This document shows positions 42,627 to 51,128 of a DNA stretch of 64,000 nt, piece by piece. The stretch's first letter is position 1. Every line of letters begins with the position of its first letter. The position numbers were made by a program, and so were the translations under genes. The stretch spans positions 2,760 through 66,759 of the forward strand of contig JAGBAS010000116.1 in assembly GCA_017938885.1 (NCBI GenBank). Direction: 5' to 3'. Origin of the DNA: Clostridia bacterium. GTDB taxonomy: Bacteria; Bacillota; Clostridia; Oscillospirales; CAG-272. The notes under the pieces were generated by a model that was given only the letters and a program-made list of their open reading frames with translations, was not told where the DNA came from and searched no databases.

Positions 42627-43141
42627 TTCTGACTCCTACTATTAGATTTTCGTGTGTTGTTCATTTGTGTATCCCACGTTGCCCAACGACAGTTTTCGGG
42701 GCAATAATTGCCATTGGGATCGATACGGTCTAAAGTGCATTGATTACGAGGAGCTTTATCATCATAACCGTGCGAATAAGCCCAATCAGCAAAGTTTTGA
42801 AAAGATTGTCGCCATTCATCACAAACGGTGATGCCACGGCCACCATAATCATTGTAATTGATGGCATTAGGATTAGAACAACGGGTGATCATGCCGTGCC
42901 AAACTCCGTATAGTCTTGATTGTGTTGCGTTGTGTGTTTTACGACTGTCATAATATTCTTTAAGTAAACAGCCGCAACTACTGATATGTCCAGAAGTAAG
43001 ATTAGATATTCGAACTTCAGCGTAATTGCCGCAATCACATTTGCAACGCCAAACAGATTGATGGCCGCTAAGTCTGTCCAACTTATAAAGTGCTGTAAGA
43101 CGACCAAAACGTTGTCCAGTAATATCTTTTATTCTTGCCAT
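42623..43141 (-). CDS. Phage-type DNA-binding protein (Cys-cluster N-domain plus YGGRGI/AP2-like C-domain)
   Basis: GQRFGRLTALY..WRCKCDCGN..SGHISSCGC, then SRLYGVWHGMITRCSNPNAINYNDYGGRGITVCDEW and DRIDPNGNYCPENCRWAT. It is AT-rich (21/60 G+C at 42901-42960). Confidence 0.65.
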   Translation of the reverse strand: MARIKDITGQRFGRLTALYKLDRLSGHQSVWRCKCDCGNYAEVRISNLTSGHISSCGCLLKEYYDSRKTHNATQSRLYGVWHGMITRCSNPNAINYNDYGGRGITVCDEWRQSFQNFADWAYSHGYDDKAPRNQCTLDRIDPNGNYCPENCRWATWDTQMNNTRKSNSRSQK

Positions 43142-43178
43142 AGTGCCTCCTTATGTTGATGATTATCGTTACAATGAT

Positions 43179-43207
43179 ATTATAGCACTAAATATTAGTG
43201 AAGTCAA
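43179..43207 (-). promoter_or_regulatory. Consensus promoter (TTGACT-17-TATAAT) for the AP2-like gene
   Basis: The minus strand reads atATTGACTtcactaatatttagtgcTATAATatc. Confidence 0.7.
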
Positions 43208-43300
43208 TATAAAAAGTGCACGAATTATTAGTGAACATTTTGGGCAAATATGACACTTGAATTTAGTGAATGAGGGTATTATAATTTACTTATTAGTGAA
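43195..43300. promoter_or_regulatory. Four direct copies of TTAGTGAA (operator candidates) across the divergent promoters
   Basis: Copies at 43195-43202, 43228-43235, 43263-43270 and 43293-43300, spaced 30-35 bp apart. Confidence 0.6.
43257..43285 (+). promoter_or_regulatory. Promoter (TTGAAT-17-TATAAT) for the small HTH gene
   Basis: ttgaat at 43257-43262, a 17-nt spacer, and tataat at 43280-43285. Confidence 0.7.
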
Positions 43301-43313
43301 AGGAGATGAAAAG

Positions 43314-43535
43314 ATGCCAATACAGTATAAGATTGATATCTTGAAAGAACTGAGAGAAAAAGGGTACACACAGTTTAGAATTAGGCAAGAAAAACTAATT
43401 GGTCAATCGTATTTACAACAGATAAGAAAAGGAGAGATTGTTTCAAAAAACTGCCTCGAGACCTTGTGCGAGTTGCTGGAATGCCAGCCGGGAGATCTAT
43501 TAGAGTATGTCTCAGATAAGAAACAGAATAAATGA
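43314..43535 (+). CDS. Small XRE-like HTH protein (73 aa)
   Basis: SD GAAAGGAG before the ATG at 43314. ..KGYTQFRIRQEKLIGQSYLQQIRKGEIVSKNCLETLCELLECQPGDLLEY. Confidence 0.7.
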   Translation: MPIQYKIDILKELREKGYTQFRIRQEKLIGQSYLQQIRKGEIVSKNCLETLCELLECQPGDLLEYVSDKKQNK

Positions 43536-43577
43536 CAGGCCGGACATGAGGCAAGAGCCAGAGTGCCGTTGAAAGAC

Positions 43578-43626
43578 GAGAGCCACACAAACACACCAGA
43601 GGGTATTTGTGTGGCTCTCATTTTAT
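43578..43626 (+). terminator. Rho-independent terminator
   Basis: gagagccacacaaa (43578-43591) pairs with tttgtgtggctctc (43606-43619), followed by attttatat. Confidence 0.85.
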
Positions 43627-43630
43627 ATAT

Positions 43631-43675
43631 CGGGATCCCGGAGGTAATAGGATGGTTCGACTCCATCCGACCCGA
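43631..43675 (+). other. tRNA-3'-half-like sequence (T-arm plus acceptor 3' strand), not a complete tRNA
   Basis: cgggatcccggaggtaatag-GATGG-TTCGACT-CCATC-CGACCCG-a. The T-arm is perfect. The first 4 nt (CGGG) can pair with the last 4 (CCCG). No D or anticodon arm is present. Confidence 0.5.
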
Positions 43676-43773
43676 AAAAACTAAATCACAACGTTGAATT
43701 GAAAGGTTCGTTACCTTTCATGGCTTGCATTACTACTATTAACTATTCAACCACCAAGAGAGAGGAGCAAGAA

Positions 43774-44289
43774 ATGGAGAGAAGGAGACCGGAAGACTAC
43801 AACGAGAACTATGGACGACCTTTTGTAAGTCAGCCCGCCAGCCCGCCTGCCAACAGGGGACGAGGGGACGCCTACTGGGTATCAGGTGACGGAGGGGCGC
43901 CTGTACCGATCCACCGCCGCCTGTCCTTCAAGGAGGCGATCACCAAGGCGGAGGATCAGATCGGATTCCACGAGTACAGCCGCCAGCACTCCTGCTACGG
44001 CATCCTGCACGATATGTGCCGCGCCATGGCAGAGGTCTACATGATGTCCCCGACCACAAAGATCAAGGTCAACGGCGAGGAGCTGGAGGCGGGGATGGTG
44101 GCCGACGTACTGGAGCAGGTGACCACGGAGATGGCCGAGATCCGCGCTGAGGAGCTGAGGGAGACCATCGCGGGCGTTACCAACATCAAGGCCTACCTGC
44201 GGAGCGCACTCTACAACAAGGTCTTTGAGTTCGAGGCCGCCGACGTCAAGCTGGAGGAGCAGGTCAAGAGGGACATGGGGCGGCGTTGA
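43774..44289 (+). CDS. Hypothetical phage protein, possibly replication-associated
   Basis: SD AGAGGAG before the ATG at 43774. The C-terminal ..NIKAYLRSALYNKVFEFEA resembles a motif I recall from replisome-organizer-type proteins (weak evidence). Confidence 0.45.
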   Translation: MERRRPEDYNENYGRPFVSQPASPPANRGRGDAYWVSGDGGAPVPIHRRLSFKEAITKAEDQIGFHEYSRQHSCYGILHDMCRAMAEVYMMSPTTKIKVNGEELEAGMVADVLEQVTTEMAEIRAEELRETIAGVTNIKAYLRSALYNKVFEFEAADVKLEEQVKRDMGRR

Positions 44290-44314
44290 CCGCCCCGGGA
44301 AAGGAGAACCGAAC

Positions 44315-45232
44315 ATGAAAAGCATGATCGAATACAGCCGCGAGACCGGCTACAACATGGGCCTGGAATACTGCGACGCCCTCCTGTACCGCGTCCGCTG
44401 TAAGCCCAAGCAGAGACGAGCCCTGGGCAAGCCCACCAGCGAGGCGCAGGCCGTCATCAACGAGAAAAACAGAAACATGAACTTCCTGCGAAGCATCAAC
44501 GCGAACTTCTTAGAGGGCAGAGATCTGTTCATCCTTTTCACCTTCCGCGAGAACCCCAAGACAAGAGCAGAGACCAAGCGACTCATGGACAACTTTCTGC
44601 GTCGGGTCAAGAGGGCGTGGGAAAAGCGCGGTCTGTCCGAGTGGGAGATCCGGCACAACAAGGGCAAGAAGCTCCCCTTTAAGTGCAGATACGTTATCGA
44701 GGGCGACGACGGCAAAAGAATGCACGTGCACACCTTTATGACGGGCGGCCTCGCATGGCAGGAGATCAAGTATCTGTGGGGGATGGCCGATGTGGTAAAC
44801 CCCCGCGTGTTGCAGGGATCCAAGAACGGATTTGAGGCCGCAGTCAAGTACGTGGCCAAGCAGGGCGGCCTTGCCAAAGGAGAGCACCACTGGTATGGTA
44901 CCCGAAATCTGGTCAAGCCCGACTACGCAGAGCGCAACAATCAGATCTCTCGCGAAGATATAGAGGAGCTGGCTGACGTGATCGAGGATATCAATGCACA
45001 CGTTGGCGAGGGCGTGACCCCCACCGAGGAGCGTTTCGCGCCCATCGAGGAGCGGTATCCCAACTACTACCTCGCGGAAGCAGACGCAAAGTACATAGAG
45101 GCTTTCGGGGAGTGGGTGATCCATATCAAACTTTACCGCAAGGACACGGAAGCCGGGAAAATCGAAGAAAACAGACGTGCGGCGGAGCTTGAGCAGATCA
45201 AGGCCCGTCGGGCGAAGTTTGGTGCGCTCTAA
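44315..45232 (+). CDS. HUH-superfamily rolling-circle replication initiator (Rep)-like protein
   Basis: SD AAAGGAG before the ATG at 44315. Motif I-like FILFTF, the HUH motif HVHTFM, and a Tyr motif AAVKYVAKQ. Confidence 0.6.
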   Translation: MKSMIEYSRETGYNMGLEYCDALLYRVRCKPKQRRALGKPTSEAQAVINEKNRNMNFLRSINANFLEGRDLFILFTFRENPKTRAETKRLMDNFLRRVKRAWEKRGLSEWEIRHNKGKKLPFKCRYVIEGDDGKRMHVHTFMTGGLAWQEIKYLWGMADVVNPRVLQGSKNGFEAAVKYVAKQGGLAKGEHHWYGTRNLVKPDYAERNNQISREDIEELADVIEDINAHVGEGVTPTEERFAPIEERYPNYYLAEADAKYIEAFGEWVIHIKLYRKDTEAGKIEENRRAAELEQIKARRAKFGAL

Positions 45233-45256
45233 ATCGGGAGCAGAAAGGAGACTGTC

Positions 45257-45400
45257 ATGAGCAACAGAGCCGACCGCCGCGCCGAGGAGCGCGAACGCAG
45301 GAACAGACGCCGCCGAGCGATGGCGGCATGGTATCAGCAGGAGCCGCCGAGATGGAGAATCTTGGCTTGGATGAGGTGGAGGGCGAGGATGCCCAGATAG
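45257..45400 (+). CDS. Possible small Arg-rich protein (47 aa)
   Basis: SD AAAGGAG 7 nt before the ATG. The ORF is below the track threshold. Confidence 0.35.
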   Translation: MSNRADRRAEERERRNRRRRAMAAWYQQEPPRWRILAWMRWRARMPR

Positions 45401-45409
45401 GAGGTGCTG

Positions 45410-45652
45410 ATGGGAAAAGGCTTTAACAGAGAGGATTGCTCCATAGATTGCCCATATTACGAGGAGATGGACTGCACAACTGTGACTTGCGCGGGCGGTC
45501 TTGTCGCGGACGCTCTGACGATAACAGTTTTTAATTCCAGGAAAAGCAAAGAGGAATATGTTAGATCCTTTTGCCAAGGATGCTACCAAGACTGCCCCCT
45601 TTTGAAGAAAAACGACAAGGATCTAGGATTCGTGAGGCCGAGAACCGCTTAA
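45410..45652 (+). CDS. Hypothetical Cys-rich phage protein
   Basis: SD AGGAGG 5 nt before the ATG at 45410. CSIDCPYYEEMDCTTVTC ... CQGCYQDC. Confidence 0.55.
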   Translation: MGKGFNREDCSIDCPYYEEMDCTTVTCAGGLVADALTITVFNSRKSKEEYVRSFCQGCYQDCPLLKKNDKDLGFVRPRTA

Positions 45653-45663
45653 AAGGCCGAATA

Positions 45664-45705
45664 GTAGACCTACCGCATAATTGCGGCGGGTCTATTTTTT
45701 GCAAG
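45664..45705 (+). terminator. Terminator-like hairpin with T-tract before the packaging module
   Basis: tagacctaccgc..gcggcgggtcta (imperfect) followed by ttttttg. Confidence 0.55.
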
Positions 45706-45877
45706 TTCATAAATTGTTTACGATTAGGAGGTGCGGGTTTTTTTCGCAAAATCTGCTATAGTAATGGCGTGATGACCAAACTGCACACTCTGCACACCGC
45801 CGCGAGCGCACAGCGGCGCGGGCACGGGCGCGGGCGTGCGCGTTTATGTGATAAAACCCCACGAAAGGAGGGATTGC

Positions 45878-46381
45878 GTGGCAAGAGGCGTTAAAATCGA
45901 GGACTGGGAGACGGAGGAGGCGTTGGCATTGCTCAAATCGGTGTCGTCGCTGACGATGGAGGAGATCGCCACGAGGGTGATCGGTCTCAAGAGCCGCAGG
46001 ACGCTCTACAACTGGTGCAACAAGTCAGAGGCCATCAACAAGGCCCTCCAGCAAAAGGTGGACGAGGAGACGCGGCGCGAGGTGGAGGCAGAGGTGATCA
46101 AGAGCTGCTTCGTTCGCAAAATGAAGGTCAAGACCAAGAAGCAGGCCCTGGACCGAGACGGCATCGTGCACGATCTTGAAGAAGTCCGGGAGTACGTCAT
46201 CCCCCCGGACTTCCGGGCGCAGGCCTACGTGCTCAATAACAGAGCGCCCGGGCGGTGGAGCCAGAAGCCTGTGGCGGAAGTCGATGATACCGCCGTCGCC
46301 GGCTTCATCCCCGTTCCCGACCTGATGGACGATCCTGATGAGGACGCCGGAGAGGATACGGAGGTCAGGGACATTGAGTAA
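45878..46381 (+). CDS. Terminase small subunit
   Basis: GTG at 45878, 5 nt after AAAGGAGGG. HTH-like MEEIATRVIGLKSRRTLYNW and C-terminal ..AYVLNNRAPGRWSQKP. It lies directly upstream of TerL. Confidence 0.7.
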   Translation: MARGVKIEDWETEEALALLKSVSSLTMEEIATRVIGLKSRRTLYNWCNKSEAINKALQQKVDEETRREVEAEVIKSCFVRKMKVKTKKQALDRDGIVHDLEEVREYVIPPDFRAQAYVLNNRAPGRWSQKPVAEVDDTAVAGFIPVPDLMDDPDEDAGEDTEVRDIE

Positions 46382-47849
46382 GACCATCTACGACCGATAC
46401 CAGACCGGCGAGATCTACGACGGTAAGAGAGCGGTCTGGGTACCCCAGCCGCGACAGGAGGAGTTCATGCGCCGTACCGAAGACGAGGTTCTTTTCGGCG
46501 GCGCGGCGGGAGGAGGAAAGAGCGACGCGCTGGTGATCGAGGCTCTACGGCAGATCAAAATGCCCTGGTATAAAGGACTGATCCTGCGCCGCACCTATCC
46601 GCAGCTCAAAGAGCTGATCGGTAAATCAAGACTATTCTACCCGCAGATAGACCCCAAGGCGGAGTTCAACAAGACCGAGCACACGTGGTATTTTTCCTCG
46701 GGGGCGCAGATCATCTTCGGATCCATGAACAACGAGGACGCAAAATACAACTACCAAGGCCAGGCGTATGACTACATAGCCTTCGACGAACTGACACAGT
46801 TCACCTTTCCCATGTACGACTACCTAAGGTCGCGGAACCGTCCTAACGGCCCGGGTATGCGGTGCTATATGAGAGCGTCCGCCAACCCCGGCGGCATCGG
46901 TCACGGATGGGTCAAGGATATGTTTATTACGCCCGCACCTCCGATGACCAGAATGTTGAAAGAGGTCGTCGTAGAAAACGATGACGGATCTGTGGAGACA
47001 AGGCGTATGTCGCGCATATTCGTGCCGTCCAAGGTCAAGGACAACCACGCGCTCATGCGGAACGATCCCAACTACATATTCCGCTTGGCCGCCATGAGTG
47101 AGGCCGAGAAAAAAGCCCTCCTGGACGGCGACTGGGACTCTTACATAGGCCAGTTTTTCGGCGAGTGGAAAAACGATCCCGATCACTACCGAGATCACGT
47201 TCATACCCACGTGATCGAGCCATTCGATCCGCCCGAGCACTGGCGGTACTACCGTAGCTTTGACTGGGGCTTCCGCAAACCTTTTTCCTGCGGATGGTGG
47301 GCGGTGGACCGAGACGGCGTGGCCTACCGCATCTATGAGTTCTACGGCTGCAAGAGAGACCGACCTGACACGGGAGTCGAGCTCAACGCTTCCGAGGTTT
47401 TCGCCGAAATCGCCAAGCTGGAGCGGACTCATCCCTACCTTAGAGGACGCGAGTTTATAGGCGTGGCTGATCCCGCCTGCTGGAATCGTCAGACAGGTAA
47501 AAGCGTGTATCAGGAGGCCGCAGAACAAGGAGTGGTGTTTACGAAAGGCGATAATGAGCGAGTAGCCGGCTGGATCCAATGCCACGAGCGGTTGAAATTC
47601 GGACCGGACGGACGAGCCCGCGTCCGCATATTCAAGACCTGCCGCGACTTCATCCGAACCGTCCCCGCCGTCATGGCAGATGAGCATCACGCCGAGGACG
47701 TAGACACAACGGGGGAGGACCACATCGCCGACGAGTTCCGATACTTTTGCATGAGGAACCCATGCGCCCCCATGAAGAGACCGCCGCCCGATCCACGAAG
47801 AAAGAATCCGGCACACACCTATCTGGACGTGCCGATAGAGGACTTGTAA
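46377..47849 (+). CDS. Terminase large subunit
   Basis: Walker A FGGAAGGGKSD, Walker B-like YDYIAFDELTQF, and a C-terminal nuclease region. The TTG at 46377 lies 9 nt after GGAGG; the ORF track's first ATG is at 46338. Confidence 0.85.
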   Translation, partial: SKTIYDRYQTGEIYDGKRAVWVPQPRQEEFMRRTEDEVLFGGAAGGGKSDALVIEALRQIKMPWYKGLILRRTYPQLKELIGKSRLFYPQIDPKAEFNKTEHTWYFSSGAQIIFGSMNNEDAKYNYQGQAYDYIAFDELTQFTFPMYDYLRSRNRPNGPGMRCYMRASANPGGIGHGWVKDMFITPAPPMTRMLKEVVVENDDGSVETRRMSRIFVPSKVKDNHALMRNDPNYIFRLAAMSEAEKKALLDGDWDSYIGQFFGEWKNDPDHYRDHVHTHVIEPFDPPEHWRYYRSFDWGFRKPFSCGWWAVDRDGVAYRIYEFYGCKRDRPDTGVELNASEVFAEIAKLERTHPYLRGREFIGVADPACWNRQTGKSVYQEAAEQGVVFTKGDNERVAGWIQCHERLKFGPDGRARVRIFKTCRDFIRTVPAVMADEHHAEDVDTTGEDHIADEFRYFCMRNPCAPMKRPPPDPRRKNPAHTYLDVPIEDL

Positions 47850-49844
47850 ATGAGCAAAGTGACAGAAAAAATCAAAAACATATTCTCGCCCAAGCCCGTA
47901 AATCCCCAGACGTCTGCGAAAGCAGAGGACGGAGGGGATGCCAAGGCGAGCCCCAAAACCACCATCGGAAAGAAAGAGATCGAGTACGCGGGCCGACTGC
48001 TCAACGAGTACGTGATGGCCAAGAGACCCACCGACAACCGAATCCTCAACGAGGAAGAGTGGTTCCGCCTGCGGCACGTTCCCGCCGATCCCGTGAACCC
48101 CAAGACAGCCTACGAGGGGGAGACGGTACCAAACGACACCGGGACCATCAAGCAGGCCTCCAGCCTCCTCCTCAACTCCGTCCGCAACAAGCACGCGGAC
48201 AGCATGGACAACCAGCCCCGCGTCAACATCCTGCCCAGGCAAGAGGACGACGAGGATGAGGCCGCCGTCCTGACCGCGATCATGCCCTCTATCCTCGCCC
48301 AAGCGAGATTTGAGCAGATGTACGACGACGCGATGTGGTCCAAGATCAAGCACGGTGTGGCGGTCTTCCACGTCTTCTGGAACCCGAAGGCGGACGGCGG
48401 CCTCGGCAGCGTCGGTATCAAGAAGGTAAACCTCCTGAATCTCTTCTGGGAGCCGGAGGCGGAGGACATCCAGGATTCCGAGAACGTGTTCTACGTCCGC
48501 AAGATGAGCATCGCCAAGATCAAGCGCAACTACCCCAACGTCAACGTGGATGAGCTCAACACCAACGCCGATACCGCCGAAGAGTACGAAGACAATCCGA
48601 AGCGTCAGATGACCACCAAGGCCGACGTGGTAGACTGGTACTACAAGATCGAGCGGGACGGAAAGACCATCCTTCATTTCGCGCAGTTTGTCGGTACGCA
48701 ACTCATCTACGCTACCGAGAACGACCCAGAGATGGCGGAAAGAGGCCTGTACGACCACGGCAAATACCCCTTCATTTTCGACGTCAACATACCCCTGGAG
48801 GGTCAGCCCATCGGCTTCGGTGAGATCGCCTGCGGTAAAGGTAAGCAAGAGTGGGTAGACGTTCTGTGGGCAAAGATCATGGAAAACACCGAGTGGTCAG
48901 CCACGGCACGGTACTTCGCCGAGCTCGGAAGCAAAGTGAATCTGAAGGATTTCTGCGACCCGAAAAAGAAGATCGTGGAATACACGGGAACGCCGGACGG
49001 GCTGGTGCGTATCGAGACCGCGCCCATCCACGGGAGCATCCTCCAGATCCTGGATATGCTCAAGGACGAGCTCAAGGAAACCACGGGGGCGAGAGACGCG
49101 GCCACCGGTGGTACGTCGGGAGGAGTGACAGCCGCGCAAGGTATCGCCATTATGAGCGAGAACAGCGGCAAGACCAGCCGAGACAGCAACCGAGGATCCT
49201 ACAGAGCCTTCGCGGAGGTGATCGAAATGGTCATCGAGCTGATCCGCCAGTTCTTCGACAAGCCGCATTACTACCGTTTCTCGGGCGAAGGATACCAAGG
49301 CTACATCCGCTACAAGAACGACGGCCTCAACTATCAGCGAATCCGCAACGAAAACGGTATTGTGTCCAACGGCGAGGCAAGACACCCGCTTTTTGACCTG
49401 GAGATCACGGTCGAAAAGAACAGCACCTACACAAGGCTCCAGCAGAATCAGCTGGTACTCCAGCTGTACAGCGCGGGCTTCTTCAACCCGCAGAATAGTG
49501 CGTCCTCCCTGACCGCCCTGGAAATGATGGACTTCGACAAGAAGAACGAGATGCTGCGCAAGATCCGTGAAAACGACTCGCGCCAGCAGCTTATGGTAAC
49601 CATTGCCCAGGAGAACGTACAGATCTGCGCCGAACTGGATCGCAAGAATGCCGAGGACGGCATCACCACCAACTTTACCGCCCAGGCACAGCAGAAGCTG
49701 GCCTACATCCAACAAGCGATGGGAGCGGTCAAGGGAGCATCTGCCCCCCCCTCCGCGCCTGTCAACACTACGGCAGGCGTACAGGAATCCTCGGCCATCA
49801 CCAAAGCCAAGGAGCGGGTAGCGCAGTCCACGTCGGCAACGTAA
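47850..49844 (+). CDS. Portal protein
   Basis: 664 aa, immediately after TerL and before the Prp/scaffold/capsid genes. Assignment is by position and size. Confidence 0.75.
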   Translation: MSKVTEKIKNIFSPKPVNPQTSAKAEDGGDAKASPKTTIGKKEIEYAGRLLNEYVMAKRPTDNRILNEEEWFRLRHVPADPVNPKTAYEGETVPNDTGTIKQASSLLLNSVRNKHADSMDNQPRVNILPRQEDDEDEAAVLTAIMPSILAQARFEQMYDDAMWSKIKHGVAVFHVFWNPKADGGLGSVGIKKVNLLNLFWEPEAEDIQDSENVFYVRKMSIAKIKRNYPNVNVDELNTNADTAEEYEDNPKRQMTTKADVVDWYYKIERDGKTILHFAQFVGTQLIYATENDPEMAERGLYDHGKYPFIFDVNIPLEGQPIGFGEIACGKGKQEWVDVLWAKIMENTEWSATARYFAELGSKVNLKDFCDPKKKIVEYTGTPDGLVRIETAPIHGSILQILDMLKDELKETTGARDAATGGTSGGVTAAQGIAIMSENSGKTSRDSNRGSYRAFAEVIEMVIELIRQFFDKPHYYRFSGEGYQGYIRYKNDGLNYQRIRNENGIVSNGEARHPLFDLEITVEKNSTYTRLQQNQLVLQLYSAGFFNPQNSASSLTALEMMDFDKKNEMLRKIRENDSRQQLMVTIAQENVQICAELDRKNAEDGITTNFTAQAQQKLAYIQQAMGAVKGASAPPSAPVNTTAGVQESSAITKAKERVAQSTSAT

Positions 49845-49853
49845 GGAGGATAT

Positions 49854-50213
49854 ATGGTAACGATAAACATCGAAAAGGACAGAGAAAATTCCCGCATTGC
49901 GATCACGGCAGAAGGCCACGCAGGAGCGGGAGACCCCGGACAGGATCCTGTTTGCGCGGGCATCTCCGCTATGATGATCGGCTATGCCAAGACGGTGATA
50001 GCCTCTGTAGCGGCGGGATTTGTGGACGAATCGCAGACCAAGATCAACGTAGGAGGACGACCGGGCCACGGACATATCGAGACGGTATGCCTCACAGACA
50101 ATGACTTCAGAATCCTTGCCTGTGCGTTGATGCCGGTCGAGCTCTTCTTCAAGGAGCTTCAAGAAAACAACCCTGAAAACGTCAAGCTTTTGTACCACCC
50201 CTGCGGGGAGTGA
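49854..50213 (+). CDS. prp: Prp-family (ribosomal-processing cysteine protease-like) protease
   Basis: ITAEGHAGAGDPGQDPVCAGISAMM (His/Cys dyad context). 119 aa. SD AAGGAGG. Confidence 0.8.
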   Translation: MVTINIEKDRENSRIAITAEGHAGAGDPGQDPVCAGISAMMIGYAKTVIASVAAGFVDESQTKINVGGRPGHGHIETVCLTDNDFRILACALMPVELFFKELQENNPENVKLLYHPCGE

Positions 50214-50264
50214 TATGAAATAAAAAACGGTGCGCCCACGTTACGGGCAGAGAGGAGGGTCCAC

Positions 50265-51098
50265 ATGATGGATACCAACACACGGGCAGAAAGGTTCGTC
50301 GTTGCCCTTGACCTGCAAATTTTTGCGGAGAGTGATTCAAGCGGGTCGAGCGGTGCGGAGAGCGGCACTGCGGAAGGCGTAAATACCGACACCGCCAACA
50401 GCGGTGCGGCTCCGTCCGAGCCTTCGGCGGAGAAGAGCGGAGGCGTCGATATCGCCTCCATCAAGAGAGAGCACAATCTCATGAGTTTTGAGGACGCGAG
50501 GGGTCGCTTTGCGAAGGACATCCGACAGTCCAAGGCATGGGAGGCAGAAGCGAGCCTGCGAAAGGCACTCGGTCAGAGGTACGGTGTGGATCCTGATGAC
50601 ATTGCCGCCATCGAGGCCGCCGTAAAAGCGGATAAGTCGTACATCAAGGAATTTGCAAGAACCAACGGCACAAGTGACGAGCTGGCGGAGAAGCATCTCC
50701 GGTACAAGGCGGACTCCGAAGCCCGAGTACGCGAGGAAACGGAACGTCAGACCGCCGCGCAGAACGAGATGATCGCGCAGGAGGAAGCCAAGGTCAAGGC
50801 TCTCTACCCGGATTTCGATATGGCCGAGGCCATGAAATCCAACCGTTTCAAAGCCATGATGGACAGCGGCATGACCATGCAGGAGGCATACGAAGCCATG
50901 AACTACCGTAGGCTTACGGATCAGGCCGTCGAGAAAGCTGTGAGAGAAGCCGAGGATAGACTTTCCAAGGCTCCCGCAACCAACAGACCGACAGAAAGCG
51001 CGTCCGTTGGCGGAGGCTCGGAAAATACGGCGGGAATCAATTTCGATCTCATGTCCGACGAGGAGCTGGAGGATTGGCTTGATAAGCACAACCACTAA
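50265..51098 (+). CDS. Scaffolding protein with L27-like N-terminal leader
   Basis: Leader ..FVVALDLQIFA|ESD. The protein is helical and acidic. It sits between the protease and capsid genes. Confidence 0.7.
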   Translation: MMDTNTRAERFVVALDLQIFAESDSSGSSGAESGTAEGVNTDTANSGAAPSEPSAEKSGGVDIASIKREHNLMSFEDARGRFAKDIRQSKAWEAEASLRKALGQRYGVDPDDIAAIEAAVKADKSYIKEFARTNGTSDELAEKHLRYKADSEARVREETERQTAAQNEMIAQEEAKVKALYPDFDMAEAMKSNRFKAMMDSGMTMQEAYEAMNYRRLTDQAVEKAVREAEDRLSKAPATNRPTESASVGGGSENTAGINFDLMSDEELEDWLDKHNH

Positions 51099-51128
51099 AC
51101 CCATGACTCTCCGCAGAGAGGAAAGAAA

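Noticed and set aside
43631-43675. A functional tRNA or tmRNA gene.
   Set aside because: It is only ~45 nt, with a T-arm and a partial acceptor stem but no anticodon or D arm. It is reported only as a tRNA-half-like sequence.
45790-45850. GC-rich GCGCGGGC-type repeats upstream of terS as a pac site.
   Set aside because: These are only short, imperfect repeats. Pac sites usually lie within terS, and nothing in the sequence alone supports the call.
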